From Candidatus Bathyarchaeota archaeon (GTDB taxonomy: Archaea; Thermoproteota; Bathyarchaeia; 40CM-2-53-6), in assembly GCA_963733055.1 (NCBI GenBank), contig CAVTBR010000001.1, positions 512,001-576,000 of the forward strand: a DNA stretch of 64,000 nt, read 5' to 3'. Below, piece by piece: positions 39,603-49,917 of the stretch. The notes below the pieces were generated by a model that had not been told where the DNA came from, searched no databases, and worked only from the letters and a program-made list of their open reading frames with translations. How positions within the stretch are numbered: position 1 is the stretch's first letter; the number at the start of each line of letters is the position of its first letter. A program made the position numbers and the translations under genes.

Positions 39603-42600
39603 GTGGCTAGAATAGTAGACGATACTCAGGCGAGAATACGCGAAACCATAGTCACCCACATGCCGAAAGAGGCCGAGATTACAAGAATCGAATTCGAAGG
39701 GCCACGTCTCGCAATTTACGTCAAGAATGTCGGGCTTCTCCTTGAGCAGAGCCATATCGTTACCGAAATCGTAAACCTCCTCCACAAACGGGTCGTGGTA
39801 CGCTCCGACCCCTCGATCCGACTGAAAGAGAAGGAGGCTGAACATTTGATAAAGGGAATCGTACCCTCCGAGGCTGAAATTACTGAGATAAACTTCGACC
39901 CAAGCCTCGGCGAGGTTGTTATAGAGGCCAAAAAGCCTGGGCTGGCTATAGGTAAGGATGGTTCCACACTTTCGGAAATCATCAAGAAAACGAGCTGGCG
40001 GCCTAGAGTTCTCCGTGCCCCACCCCTTCCATCAAAAATCATAGCGAGCAGCCGACACATCCTACACTCAGAAAGCGAAGAGAGAAGCAGGATCTTCCGC
40101 GATGTGGGAGAACGAATCTTCCGCCCCAGATTATCCAAAACATCATCCGTTTACTTGACAACGCTCGGAGGATTCCATGAAGTCGGCAGATCAGCAATGC
40201 TCATAGAAACGGAGGAAAGCTGCGTGCTGATGGATTGCGGCATCAGCGCAGGCGCGGACCTCCCCCAGTACGCTTATCCGCGGCTGGATTCCGACGATTT
40301 CGACATCGAAAAATTAGACGCGGTCATCCTCTCACACGCGCACCTCGACCATTGCGGGCTGATCCCGATCCTCTACAAGTACGGCTACGATGGACCCGTA
40401 TACTGCTCAGAGCCGACGGCGGTCTTGATGACCCTCCTCCAGTTGGATTACTTAGATATCTTCGGTAAGGAAGGAGGCCACCCGCCCTATGACCAGAAGG
40501 ATGTGCGTGAAGTTGTCCTACACACCATCCCCGTCAAGTACGGCGTCGTAACAGATGTGGCTCCAGACATCAAACTCACCCTCCACAACGCAGGCCACAT
40601 AATCGGAAGCTCCATCGTCCACCTACACATCGGCGAAGGCCTACACAACGTCGTTTACTCCGCTGACTGGTCGACCCCGATCACCGTTCTCGACCCAGAA
40701 GGTCAAGTCAGAATTGTCAAGATAGGCGAACTAATTGACAGACTCATGCAAGGGAGAGAACGCGACGGCCGAAGCTTTGTTGAGAGAGTTGCGAACTTGG
40801 ATGGTTGGAGAGCCTTTGCATTCGACCCCAAAACATTGCAGCCAAAAGCCGTTCCAATCACCAGTTTCCTGAGACACCCCATCTCCGAAGACCTGTTCGA
40901 AATCACAACTTCAACTGGAAGAAAGGTTTCCGTGACCGCCTCTCACAGTCTGTTTAGGGCAAAAGACGGAGAAATCTCTGCGGTTAAAGTTCGTGAATTG
41001 AAGAAAGGAGACTACCTCGTCGGCGCACGAACCTTACCAGAATTCGACACCACGCCCCCCCTTGTTGAGCTTGATGAGAGGGAATTCAGAGTACATTACA
41101 ATGACAAATCAGAACTGCGGCAATTGCTCAACACCCTACGCATACAAGTTCGCAGAAAGTTTCCGGACTTGGAAAAGGACGTAATGAGATGGCTAAACGA
41201 GCACTACGAATATGGCACTTATCGTTCACATATTGCTCGAAAATATCACATTAAGAATTCAAGAATAAGATCAATCTTCAGCGAACTAGGAATTCCCGAC
41301 GCCCCGAGGCTTAAGGCAAACCTTCCGAAGAGATTCGAAGTAACACCTTCTTTCTCTCGATTTCTTGGTTTCTTCGCCTCCGAAGGAAGCACCCAAGGCA
41401 ACACAGTTGTCATAACAAACTACGACGAAAAAGTGAGAAGCGATTGCTTGAGAACAGTCGAGCCAATATTCGACTGCAATTATTCAGATGACGGACGCGA
41501 GATTCGGTTCTTCTCGCGAAGCTTAAAGAAACTAATGCATAAACTCGAAGTCCTTGGAACCGCCTACACGAAACGGGTCTCACCACTAGTTCTGAGTGGC
41601 TCCGAGGAGAACGTTTGCGAATTTCTGAAAGGTTACTTCACTGGCGACGGATCGCTTCGAATACGGTCTAAGGGATGCTCTATTTCTGCGGCATCCAGGA
41701 ACCCGCTACTACTTCAAGACGTCGCGTTCCTACTTCTCAGATTAGACATCCCAGTGACCTTCGAACATAATCGGAGTAACGGGATGTATACAATCACAGT
41801 ATACGGCGTTGAGCTACTGGAGAGGTTCCTTGAGAAGGTTAGAATTCCGGAATGGTCACGCGCTATGGTAGCGGTGAATCCGAAGAGGTCTAAGAGCGCC
41901 TTCTACAACCGTACGCCGTTCGCAGCTCTCACGCCCTCACTCCAAGCGCGCATTTCGAAGACAGCTTACCGATCTGCGAAGAGCATGGGCAGGGATCATC
42001 TGCAGAGCCTGCTCCAGTACGGCGACGAGAACGACGAACAGGTCACCAATGCGCCGTTCATCTATGATGAGGTAAAACGCATAAGGAAAATGAAACCAAC
42101 CAGCCCCTACGTCTACGATCTGTCCGTTAATGGGTACGAGAACTTCCTTGGCGGCTCTGGTTTCCTATTCCTCCACAACACTGGAGATTTTAAGTTCGGT
42201 AGGACGATGTTGCTCGAACCGGCCACTTGCTCTTTTCCGCGTGCTGAGACTTTGATCATGGAGAGTACGTATGGTGGCCCTGATGATGTAATGTCGGACA
42301 GGGAGACGGTGGAAGGTCACCTTGCAAAGATTGTGAATGAGACTGCTGAGAGAGGCGGTAGAGTTCTAATTCCCACGCTTGCTGTGGGGCGTGCTCAGGA
42401 GATAATGCTCGTTCTCAACGCTTACATGAAGAATAAGCAGATCAAAGAGCTCCCGATATTTTTGGAAGGCATGATTTCCGAAGCCACGGCCATTCACACT
42501 GCCTACCCTGAATATCTCTCCCGCGACCTCCGGGAACAGATTTTGTACAAGGACATTAACCCGTTCCAGTCAGAATACTTCACGAATGTGGACCATCCCT

Positions 42601-43043
42601 CTGAACGTGAGAAGATCGCAACGGGTCCGCCATGCGTCATACTCGCTACTTCAGGGATGATGGAGGGCGGGCCTGCGATAGATTATTTCCGTTACATGGC
42701 AGCCGATGAGAAGAACACACTAGTTTTCGTCAGTTACCAAGTCGAAGGAACTTTGGGGAATAGGCTGAAGAATGGCGCGCGTGAAGTCTCCTTGATGGGA
42801 CGCAATGGGAAACTTGAAGCCTTGAAGATCAACCTACACGTCGATGCGGTTGAAGGTTTCTCGGGTCATTCCGACAGAAACCAGCTCTTCGCTTTCCTCA
42901 AGCGAGTGTCACCTAGGCCTTCAAGAGTAATAATGGGACATGGGGAGAGACGAAAGACCGATCTATTTGCGCATCAGGTTTCAAGAATTCTGAAGCTGAG
43001 AACGGTAGCGCCTGATCTGCAAGAGAAGTTAAGGCTGAGATAG
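39603..43043 (+). CDS. fttA: aCPSF1/FttA beta-CASP ribonuclease with KH domains, intein-containing
   Basis: KH domains; SHAHLDH, AGHIIGS, ESTYG, AVGRAQE and FSGHSD motifs. Confidence 0.95.
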   Translation: MARIVDDTQARIRETIVTHMPKEAEITRIEFEGPRLAIYVKNVGLLLEQSHIVTEIVNLLHKRVVVRSDPSIRLKEKEAEHLIKGIVPSEAEITEINFDPSLGEVVIEAKKPGLAIGKDGSTLSEIIKKTSWRPRVLRAPPLPSKIIASSRHILHSESEERSRIFRDVGERIFRPRLSKTSSVYLTTLGGFHEVGRSAMLIETEESCVLMDCGISAGADLPQYAYPRLDSDDFDIEKLDAVILSHAHLDHCGLIPILYKYGYDGPVYCSEPTAVLMTLLQLDYLDIFGKEGGHPPYDQKDVREVVLHTIPVKYGVVTDVAPDIKLTLHNAGHIIGSSIVHLHIGEGLHNVVYSADWSTPITVLDPEGQVRIVKIGELIDRLMQGRERDGRSFVERVANLDGWRAFAFDPKTLQPKAVPITSFLRHPISEDLFEITTSTGRKVSVTASHSLFRAKDGEISAVKVRELKKGDYLVGARTLPEFDTTPPLVELDEREFRVHYNDKSELRQLLNTLRIQVRRKFPDLEKDVMRWLNEHYEYGTYRSHIARKYHIKNSRIRSIFSELGIPDAPRLKANLPKRFEVTPSFSRFLGFFASEGSTQGNTVVITNYDEKVRSDCLRTVEPIFDCNYSDDGREIRFFSRSLKKLMHKLEVLGTAYTKRVSPLVLSGSEENVCEFLKGYFTGDGSLRIRSKGCSISAASRNPLLLQDVAFLLLRLDIPVTFEHNRSNGMYTITVYGVELLERFLEKVRIPEWSRAMVAVNPKRSKSAFYNRTPFAALTPSLQARISKTAYRSAKSMGRDHLQSLLQYGDENDEQVTNAPFIYDEVKRIRKMKPTSPYVYDLSVNGYENFLGGSGFLFLHNTGDFKFGRTMLLEPATCSFPRAETLIMESTYGGPDDVMSDRETVEGHLAKIVNETAERGGRVLIPTLAVGRAQEIMLVLNAYMKNKQIKELPIFLEGMISEATAIHTAYPEYLSRDLREQILYKDINPFQSEYFTNVDHPSEREKIATGPPCVILATSGMMEGGPAIDYFRYMAADEKNTLVFVSYQVEGTLGNRLKNGAREVSLMGRNGKLEALKINLHVDAVEGFSGHSDRNQLFAFLKRVSPRPSRVIMGHGERRKTDLFAHQVSRILKLRTVAPDLQEKLRLR
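40659..42179 (+). mobile_element. Intein (507 aa) with LAGLIDADG homing endonuclease
   Basis: HNVVY|SADWSTP...VTASHSLF...VYDLSV..YENF...LHN|TGDFK; blocks FLGFFASEG and FLKGYFTGDG. Confidence 0.93.
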
Positions 43044-43079
43044 ACTAGGGCCGTGGCCCAGCACGGATCAGTTGGACTA

Positions 43080-43442
43080 TTATTCCTCGTTAGCCGCTAC
43101 GCCGGTCGCTGCGGCTTCCACGGGAGAATCCTCTCTTCGACGCCAAACCTTGACGGTAGGCGGCGTCATAACAATGCGTTCCTCGCCGAGCCTCGCGATG
43201 TCTCCTTGAATAGATTTCACGAAAGTGACAAGTTCACTGATTGCAGACTTGGTTTCTTCAACGCTCCGCTTGGCGATTGGGCTGATTTTAACGATCAATA
43301 TGTTTCCTTCAATAATCTCCGCCTTGATCCTCGGCACGTCGTTTGGGTCGCGCAGCGGAAACGCCTTGACGTAGATCGGACGTTGAATCGAAGGGTTAAC
43401 CAAGGGGAACCTTTCGTCGCCCGCATAATTAGAACCAATCAA
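43080..43442 (-). CDS. Archaeal SepF-like protein (DUF552)
   Basis: GNILIVKI...GDIARLGEERIVMTP..VKV. Confidence 0.85.
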   Translation of the reverse strand: MIGSNYAGDERFPLVNPSIQRPIYVKAFPLRDPNDVPRIKAEIIEGNILIVKISPIAKRSVEETKSAISELVTFVKSIQGDIARLGEERIVMTPPTVKVWRRREDSPVEAAATGVAANEE

Positions 43443-43646
43443 CTTTAGTACACCGGTTTCGACGTGGGTTTCTCTCTGGAATAGCAGTTTAAACGTTTGC
43501 GCCCAAAGAGGGGGATTCTAACATGCTCATGTTAAGACACATGAGCACCCCCATCGAGAAGTGTGCGGAGGTTGTCACGCACGCGCCTAGAAATTTAGAG
43601 CAATTTCAGAGAGGAATTAGGTCGATTTCTACTGGAAATCGAATAA

Positions 43647-44144
43647 TCAGCTTGGTTTGTTGTAGGAGGTCCAAAGCTCGTCACCGACGAAGTGAACGTT
43701 CTTGATCACCTTACCTTTACTCATCGACTTCATTTCCATCGACTCCACCTCAGCTAAGCCTAAAGCGAGTGGCTTACCGTATTTTTCATCGACGATTACC
43801 AGCAGGTCACCCTTGGCAAAATTGCTCGGTACATCACGGATTCCCGGACGCATAATGTCCGCACCGTTCGCGACATGAGCCACTGCACCCATATCGACAA
43901 CAACTCGCGGCAACGTCTGGACAAATTTATCGAACTTCAACGACGGCAGTAAGCCAATCTTTCTCCGCAAGATCAACGGCGAATTATCCGCAAAGTAGAC
44001 CATCTCTTCACCGACGGCGAGCTCATCAAAACTCTCCACTGACGCAAGCGATTCTTCAGTGCTAGGATATCGGCCAATGAACTCTCGAAAAAGCCCCTTG
44101 ACTTCTTTGTCTTTAAGACGGCGCATTGAAGGCATGATCTTCAA
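43647..44144 (-). CDS. PUA-domain RNA-binding protein (DUF1947 / MCT-1-like)
   Basis: VVDMGAV..VANGADIMRPGI and KGK.IKNVHFVGD motifs. Confidence 0.9.
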   Translation of the reverse strand: MKIMPSMRRLKDKEVKGLFREFIGRYPSTEESLASVESFDELAVGEEMVYFADNSPLILRRKIGLLPSLKFDKFVQTLPRVVVDMGAVAHVANGADIMRPGIRDVPSNFAKGDLLVIVDEKYGKPLALGLAEVESMEMKSMSKGKVIKNVHFVGDELWTSYNKPS

Positions 44145-44281
44145 CTCTGAACTCGCTTTGCGAATATCATTCGAAAGCTCCTTCGAACCAAACTTCCTGC
44201 TAGATTATGTAGCCTAACCTTTAATTTGGAGCTTCCTCTTCTACGCAAACCTTACCGCCACAAATCAGGTCTGAAACAACA

Positions 44282-44512
44282 ATGTCTGCAGTCGCTGACA
44301 AGATCTTCCAAGAGAGCCTCAGCAAAATCGTTCTCGTGGAACTGAAAGGTAGCCGCACCATACGCGGGAAACTCTACAGCTACGACCAGCACATGAATTT
44401 GGTCCTCGAGGACGCGGAAGACGTGTCGAACCCGGAGAATACTCGGAACATTGGGACGATCATTGTCAGGGGCGACAACGTAGTTCTCGTCTCACCACCT
44501 CCGAAAAGGTAG
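44282..44512 (+). CDS. Sm-like (Lsm/SmAP) protein
   Basis: YDQHMNLVLEDAE (Sm1) and IIVRGDNV (Sm2). Confidence 0.95.
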   Translation: MSAVADKIFQESLSKIVLVELKGSRTIRGKLYSYDQHMNLVLEDAEDVSNPENTRNIGTIIVRGDNVVLVSPPPKR

Positions 44513-44549
44513 TTTGGTCACTTAGCAGAATACGGGAAGTTGCGGAGCT

Positions 44550-44741
44550 TTGACGAAAGGAACGGCCTCATTTGGAAGACGAGGGCGTTCAAAGACTCAT
44601 ATCCGATGCAGACGATGCGGACGGCACTCTTACCATGTAAGGTGGAAACGTTGCTCGGCCTGCGGCTTTGGAGCATCCAAAAGACTGCGAGGCTACTCGT
44701 GGCAGACGCATACTCTCAACAGAGTTCGCAGAATAAGGTAG
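44550..44741 (+). CDS. rpl37e: 50S ribosomal protein L37e
   Basis: KGTASFG..THIRCRRCG..SY....CSACGFG. Confidence 0.97.
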   Translation: MTKGTASFGRRGRSKTHIRCRRCGRHSYHVRWKRCSACGFGASKRLRGYSWQTHTLNRVRRIR

Positions 44742-44749
44742 CCCTATCC

Positions 44750-44910
44750 CTAGCCTACATTGTCCCCCCTAGTCCCAGTTGGGGGTGTGTGGCGAGAGTG
44801 AAAATCGCAATTTGTTCCCCCGGTAACAAACTTCCTACACACAGAACCTTGTTCCCCAGGAACAAGTCCTAAGCGTCCGACGGTTGGGTATGAGCGTCCC
44901 GTTAGGCTAG
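44750..44910. ncRNA. Candidate structured non-coding RNA
   Basis: Closing stem CTAGCCTA/TAGGCTAG enclosing several nested hairpins; no family recognised. Confidence 0.4.
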
Positions 44911-44937
44911 ACTCGACCGAACCCCGATACTGACTGA

Positions 44938-45687
44938 CTAAGCGGTCGGTGCTGGTTGAACGGGCGCCACTGCTGGTTGCGTTGCTGCAGTAGGTGTCGC
45001 CGGAGGCTTCTTGAACGTTTCAAGGAACGTGACGGTTTCTATCTTCGGAAGGTACTTTTCCACGTCAGCGGTCAGTGTACGCTTGGCAACTTGCAAACCT
45101 TCTAGGAAGAACGCGTCTTCTGGAACTTCGACTTGGAGTTTTCCGTTCTCGATTTTAATCAAGAACTTCTGCTGCTCCACAGATGGGATGCGTTTGTGAA
45201 CTAGGTTGAGTACTTTCTCATCCTCTGCTTCAATGACCTTTTCCAGAGTTATATCGTATATCAGCGTCTTACCCGCAAATGGATGGTTGTAATCCACCTG
45301 AACGCGGCCGGCTCCCACGGAGCGAATTTGGGCTGTCTTGCCGTCCATGTTCACCTGCAGCCCCGGTACTGGAGTTATGCCTTCAGCTGCGAATTTTCGA
45401 AGCGGAACAAGTCGAACCTTTTTCGGATCACGAACGCCATATCCCTTGTCTGGGGGAAGTTCGATGGTGGTTGCCTTGCCGACTTCGAAATTCGTGAGCG
45501 CCTCGTCTAGTCCTTTCGGCACCCATCCTTCTCCAACTATGATGAAGAACGGTTCATAGTGTTCTTCGCCGTGATAGAGCTTCTTTTCTTTCGCCACGCT
45601 CTCGAGCGTGGTTCCAACTGTCTCTCCAGTCTCTTTCACCTTGAGCGTATAGTTGGCGAGTATGAAATCTCCACTCTTAACTGGCAA
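44938..45687 (-). CDS. Long-type FKBP peptidyl-prolyl isomerase (SlyD-like)
   Basis: GLDEAL, PPDKGYG.RD and VDYNHPFAGKTL motifs. Confidence 0.92.
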   Translation of the reverse strand: MPVKSGDFILANYTLKVKETGETVGTTLESVAKEKKLYHGEEHYEPFFIIVGEGWVPKGLDEALTNFEVGKATTIELPPDKGYGVRDPKKVRLVPLRKFAAEGITPVPGLQVNMDGKTAQIRSVGAGRVQVDYNHPFAGKTLIYDITLEKVIEAEDEKVLNLVHKRIPSVEQQKFLIKIENGKLQVEVPEDAFFLEGLQVAKRTLTADVEKYLPKIETVTFLETFKKPPATPTAATQPAVAPVQPAPTA

Positions 45688-45746
45688 TCAAATTCACCTG
45701 GAATCATGAAGGTGAAGCTAAGATTTGCACGCTCTACATTAATCTT

Positions 45747-48165
45747 TCAGAGGTGGACTATTTTGAAAACATAGTACTTCGGAAAATCGACGGCGAAGAT
45801 GAACACCGCAGAGAAAACCAGCGCTACCAGTACTTGGCTCAATGTTAGTGATGGGATGATGATTCCGTAAATGCCGAGTAGAAAGAAGACCACGATCGTA
45901 GCCAGATTAGCAATGAGTAGTTCCGTGCCTGGTCTGGAAGACCAGAAATGCCGTCTCTCTCTCACGCTAAGGACCCTGAATTGACTTGTGAATACGAGGG
46001 TCAAGAGTACGAATGTCTGGAGCCGCGCCATATTCATCCTATAGTAAAAGACGCCGAGGTACAATACGACTGCTCCCTCAATTACCAAGAGCAAGCCTAC
46101 CGCGAGTGACGCAGCCGTGATATTTTTCACATTCCAGATATTCGGGTTGGACGTGCTTTCCACGTTATCTTTTGCGAGCGACATGGTTGCGAAATCATTC
46201 GCAAAGATGAGCAGGACCATGCCAAGCACGGAGAGAACGACCTGATTTAACCAGAAGAAACCCACGACGAGTACGCCGATGAACTGTATTACTTTCGTTA
46301 CCTTGTTTATGACCCACGTCAACATGCGCTGGTAGATTTGCCTACTCGTGTCTACTGCATCCAGGATGACTCTAATGCCAGCCTCGGTGAGCACGATGCT
46401 TGCGGAAGCTTTCGCAACGTCAGTAGCGTTGTTAACCGCTATTCCGACCTCCGCTTGCTTGAGGGCTGGCGAATCGTTAACGCCGTCGCCGGTCATACCA
46501 ACCAAATGGCCTTTTGATTGAAGCAGCTTCACTACCTTGTACTTGTCTTCGGGATAGATTTCCGCCAACCCATCGTATTCTTCCAGGACCCGCGCTTGAT
46601 CGCTCATCGATAGTTTCTCAAGTTCTGAAATTGAACGAATTCTGTCCCCAATCCCAACTTGCCGTGCTATCTCTTTCGCTATTGCGGCGTTGTCCCCGGT
46701 TAGCATTTTAGGGGTTATCCCGATTCGTCGTAAGCCTTCAATCGTCTGCTGCGCAGTCGGGCCGCGGCGGGTCGGCGATGGGCAGCAACCCTACGAATCG
46801 AAGACTTTTCGGGTCAGAATCTTCCGATTTGGCAACGACGAGTGTTCTATATCCTTTCTGCCATAATTCTTCCAGAGCCCGATCAACTTCTTTTCTAATG
46901 GTTTGATTGAGTTGTTGGCAAAGCGGGAGCACGATTTGCGGTGCGCCTTTCATAACGGTAAATCGATTTCCATTCTGTTCGACGACCGCCTCAGACCTCT
47001 TTGTCATCGGGTCGAAGGGAACAAATGAAATCTGCTTGTATTGAGCGAGATTCGTCCGCATTGTTTTCGCGAAATCGATGACCGCCTGATCGATCGGGTC
47101 CCCTATCTCTTCCTTCGAAGCCAAGCTCGCGGTGGTTATGACGTCTTCCTGAGTGAATCCATTGAATGGAAGGGGGTCGGTAGCTGATAGCTTGTTTTGG
47201 GTTATCGTCCCTGTCTTGTCCAGGCAGAGTAAATCCATTGATGCCGCGTCTTCGATCGAATCTAACCGTGTGACTAAGGCACCTCCTTTTGCGAGTTGCA
47301 TTGCCCCCACGGCGAGTACAATTGCGAAGACCGCTGGGAGAGCAACGGGAACTGCTCCCATCAGGAAAATGAGTGCGAATCTTACGATGTTGAGTGGATC
47401 TAAGGCTTGAGTAAGTGTGGCCTCTACAAGCACGAGTGCTAGAGCTGCGATAGCGACGTACATAGAATACTTGATGATTGCTGACATGATCTGCTGTTGA
47501 TGAGACGTCGGCTTCGCGATTCGCACGAGTTCAGCAGTTTTACCGAAGAAAGTGTTCGGTCCAGTATTGAACACCAGGGCCTTAGCTTCCCCTCGCTTCA
47601 CAATTGAACTCGAATACACAACGGCCACTTGGCCGACGCTTACCGGAAGCGATTCACCCGTCAAGGCGGACTGATCGACGGATAATCCTCCGTCAACAAT
47701 CTTGACATCAGCTGGAACAAGGTCTCCCAAACCAAGCTGCACGATATCCCCGGGCACAAGTTCCTTTGCATCCATGATCGTCCACTTGCCTTCTCTCAGG
47801 GCCTTGGCTTTGGGTGCGAGGCGTTTCTTCAAGAATTCCAACGCCTTCTGAGAACTTCGAGAATGATGGTAACCGATGATGACGTTGATTGTCAAAAGGC
47901 TGAAGATTATACCAACTTCCAAGTAGTCGCCTATCAGATATGAGAGAAGGATTGTCAGTTCTAAGAGCCAAGGCATCGGCCCCCAGTACCGTGATAGGAA
48001 TTCAACTACCGGACTACGCTTTTTCTCGGCGACTTCATTGAAACCGAACCTTTGGATTCGTAGTTCTGCTTCAGAATTGGCAAGGCCATTGATTGAAGAC
48101 TTCAACTGGGCGAACGTTTCATCAACGCCCAGGTGGGCGTAGTCAGGCGTGTTCGTGCTTTGCAT
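45747..48165 (-). CDS. P-type H+-exporting ATPase, P3A (frameshift near 46745)
   Basis: TGES, PVALP, DKTGT, KGAP, DPPR, MLTGD and GDGVND motifs. Confidence 0.92.
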
Positions 48166-48217
48166 CGCGTTCGACCAATATTACTCTCGGACCGCCGAAT
48201 CTCTCCCTCAGCCTGAA

Positions 48218-48583
48218 TCATGAAGTCAAGAGGAGATACCCGACGATCAGAATCGCGAATGTGAAAATGGCGACGCTGAATATCATTTCAACGACCGCAG
48301 TTGGCTCATACATGCCAATTCGAATTCTTTCCTGATTCTTCACGAATCTCTTCAAAGCCAGAAGCTCCATAAACCCTCCAACCAGAACCAAAGCTACTCC
48401 AAGAATTGATGAGAAGTGAATCGACGGTACCGACGAGGCGAGAGGGCTGATTTCCCTAAGGAACAGGCCAAACCTCGCAACAACAAAACCCAATGCGATG
48501 ATAGCAATTCCAGTCCTAACCCACGCAAGATACGTTCTTTCATTAGCTAAGTGATCTGACACCTTAGCTCCATCAGCAGTCAA
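48218..48583 (-). CDS. DUF202 / YidH membrane protein
   Basis: HLANERTYLAWVRT. Confidence 0.9.
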   Translation of the reverse strand: MTADGAKVSDHLANERTYLAWVRTGIAIIALGFVVARFGLFLREISPLASSVPSIHFSSILGVALVLVGGFMELLALKRFVKNQERIRIGMYEPTAVVEMIFSVAIFTFAILIVGYLLLTS

Positions 48584-48745
48584 ATGTGATCAACCAAGAT
48601 TATCGATAGCTGAATTTAACTGCCGAGGAAGATGAGCGGTCTGCATTACATTTCTGACTGTTTCGTTTGTGCTTCTCCGCTCTTGAGTTTTCGACTCCAA
48701 TCTTTTATCTTCGAGTTGAAAGACCTCAACACGTGGTGTGGTTCG

Positions 48746-49816
48746 GTGAAGCTCTTCACTGTTGGGCCGGTGGCCTGCTATCCTGAAGTGCTTGAAGCTA
48801 TGGGGCGGCAGATGGTAAGCCATCGTAGTAAAGAGTACCTCGCCCTCCATTACGAGACAGTTCGACTTCTACAGGATTTCATTTCAACGAAGAACGAGAT
48901 CTTCCTCTTCAGCAGCACTGGGACAGGTTTCATGGAGGCATCGGTAAGGAACTGTGTCAGGAAGAAGATGCTGTGCTGCATAAACGGCAGTTTCGGAGAA
49001 CGCTTCGCCGAAGTCGCAGAATCAAATGCAGTAGCGCTCGTGAAGCTAGCCCCACCCCTCGGCCAACCTATCTCAGTTGGGGAGTTGGATGAGGTCTTGA
49101 AGAAGAACCCTGATGTTGAAGCTGTAGCCCTCACTCACAATGAGACGAGCGTCGGTCTCATCAATCCACTAAAAGAACTCGCCGCCATCGTCAAGAAACA
49201 CGGAAAACTCCTGTTCGTGGACGCGGTCAGTTCAATGGGCGGCACCGACTTCAACGTAGATGAATTAGGAATCGATGTTTGCTTCTCAAGCTCACAGAAA
49301 TGCTTCGGCGTCCCCCCAGGTCTGGGGATGGGCAGCGTAAGCGAACAGGCGCTGGACCTCTCCGCCTCCGCCACGAACAAGGGATGGTATTTTGACTTCA
49401 AAGTTTGGGAGGAAGACCAGAAGAAAGGTCACGGGACACCGGTTACGTCAGTGATTCCGCAGGTCGCGGGCCTCAATACTGCTTTGAAAATGATCCAAAA
49501 GAAGGGCGGAAAGCAATGGTACTTCGACCTCTACAAACAACGAAACCTAAGGATTAGACAAGGTATCGAAAAAATCGGCCTGTCAACATTCCCGAAGAAA
49601 GGTTCCGAGAGCCCAACTGTGAATTGCATCAACGCACCCGCAGGACTCGAAGGCGGACTCATCTACGAAAAGATGCGTCAAAATGGATTCGAATTAGCGG
49701 AAGGTTACGGACCACTAAAGAAGAAAACCTTCAGAATCGGGAATATGGGTTACATAGAAATGAGCGACATTGATCTAATGCTGAAAACACTCAACGACGT
49801 TGTATCGTCAAAATGA
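48746..49816 (+). CDS. Class V PLP aminotransferase (serine-pyruvate / alanine-glyoxylate type)
   Basis: GP, HNETS, DAVSS, SSQKC..PPG and FRIGNMG; start moved to GTG 48746. Confidence 0.92.
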   Translation: MKLFTVGPVACYPEVLEAMGRQMVSHRSKEYLALHYETVRLLQDFISTKNEIFLFSSTGTGFMEASVRNCVRKKMLCCINGSFGERFAEVAESNAVALVKLAPPLGQPISVGELDEVLKKNPDVEAVALTHNETSVGLINPLKELAAIVKKHGKLLFVDAVSSMGGTDFNVDELGIDVCFSSSQKCFGVPPGLGMGSVSEQALDLSASATNKGWYFDFKVWEEDQKKGHGTPVTSVIPQVAGLNTALKMIQKKGGKQWYFDLYKQRNLRIRQGIEKIGLSTFPKKGSESPTVNCINAPAGLEGGLIYEKMRQNGFELAEGYGPLKKKTFRIGNMGYIEMSDIDLMLKTLNDVVSSK

Positions 49817-49917
49817 AAGTGCTCCTAACCTGAATCGAGAACCTAACCGCGTTTTATGTTGAAAAATAAGAGTCCTTTTCTGCAAGGCCTCGCCTCTTGA
49901 TGAACGCGCAATAAACA

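Noticed and set aside
43561-43584. GTGTGCG-N10-CGCACGC palindrome upstream of sepF
   Set aside because: Spacing and core differ from the 28-bp family; single occurrence.
44750-44910. MITE with CTAG target duplication, or RNase P / SRP RNA
   Set aside because: The inverted match is only 8 bp and the element is single-copy here; RNase P (GAGGAAAGUCC) and SRP helix-8 consensus motifs were not found.
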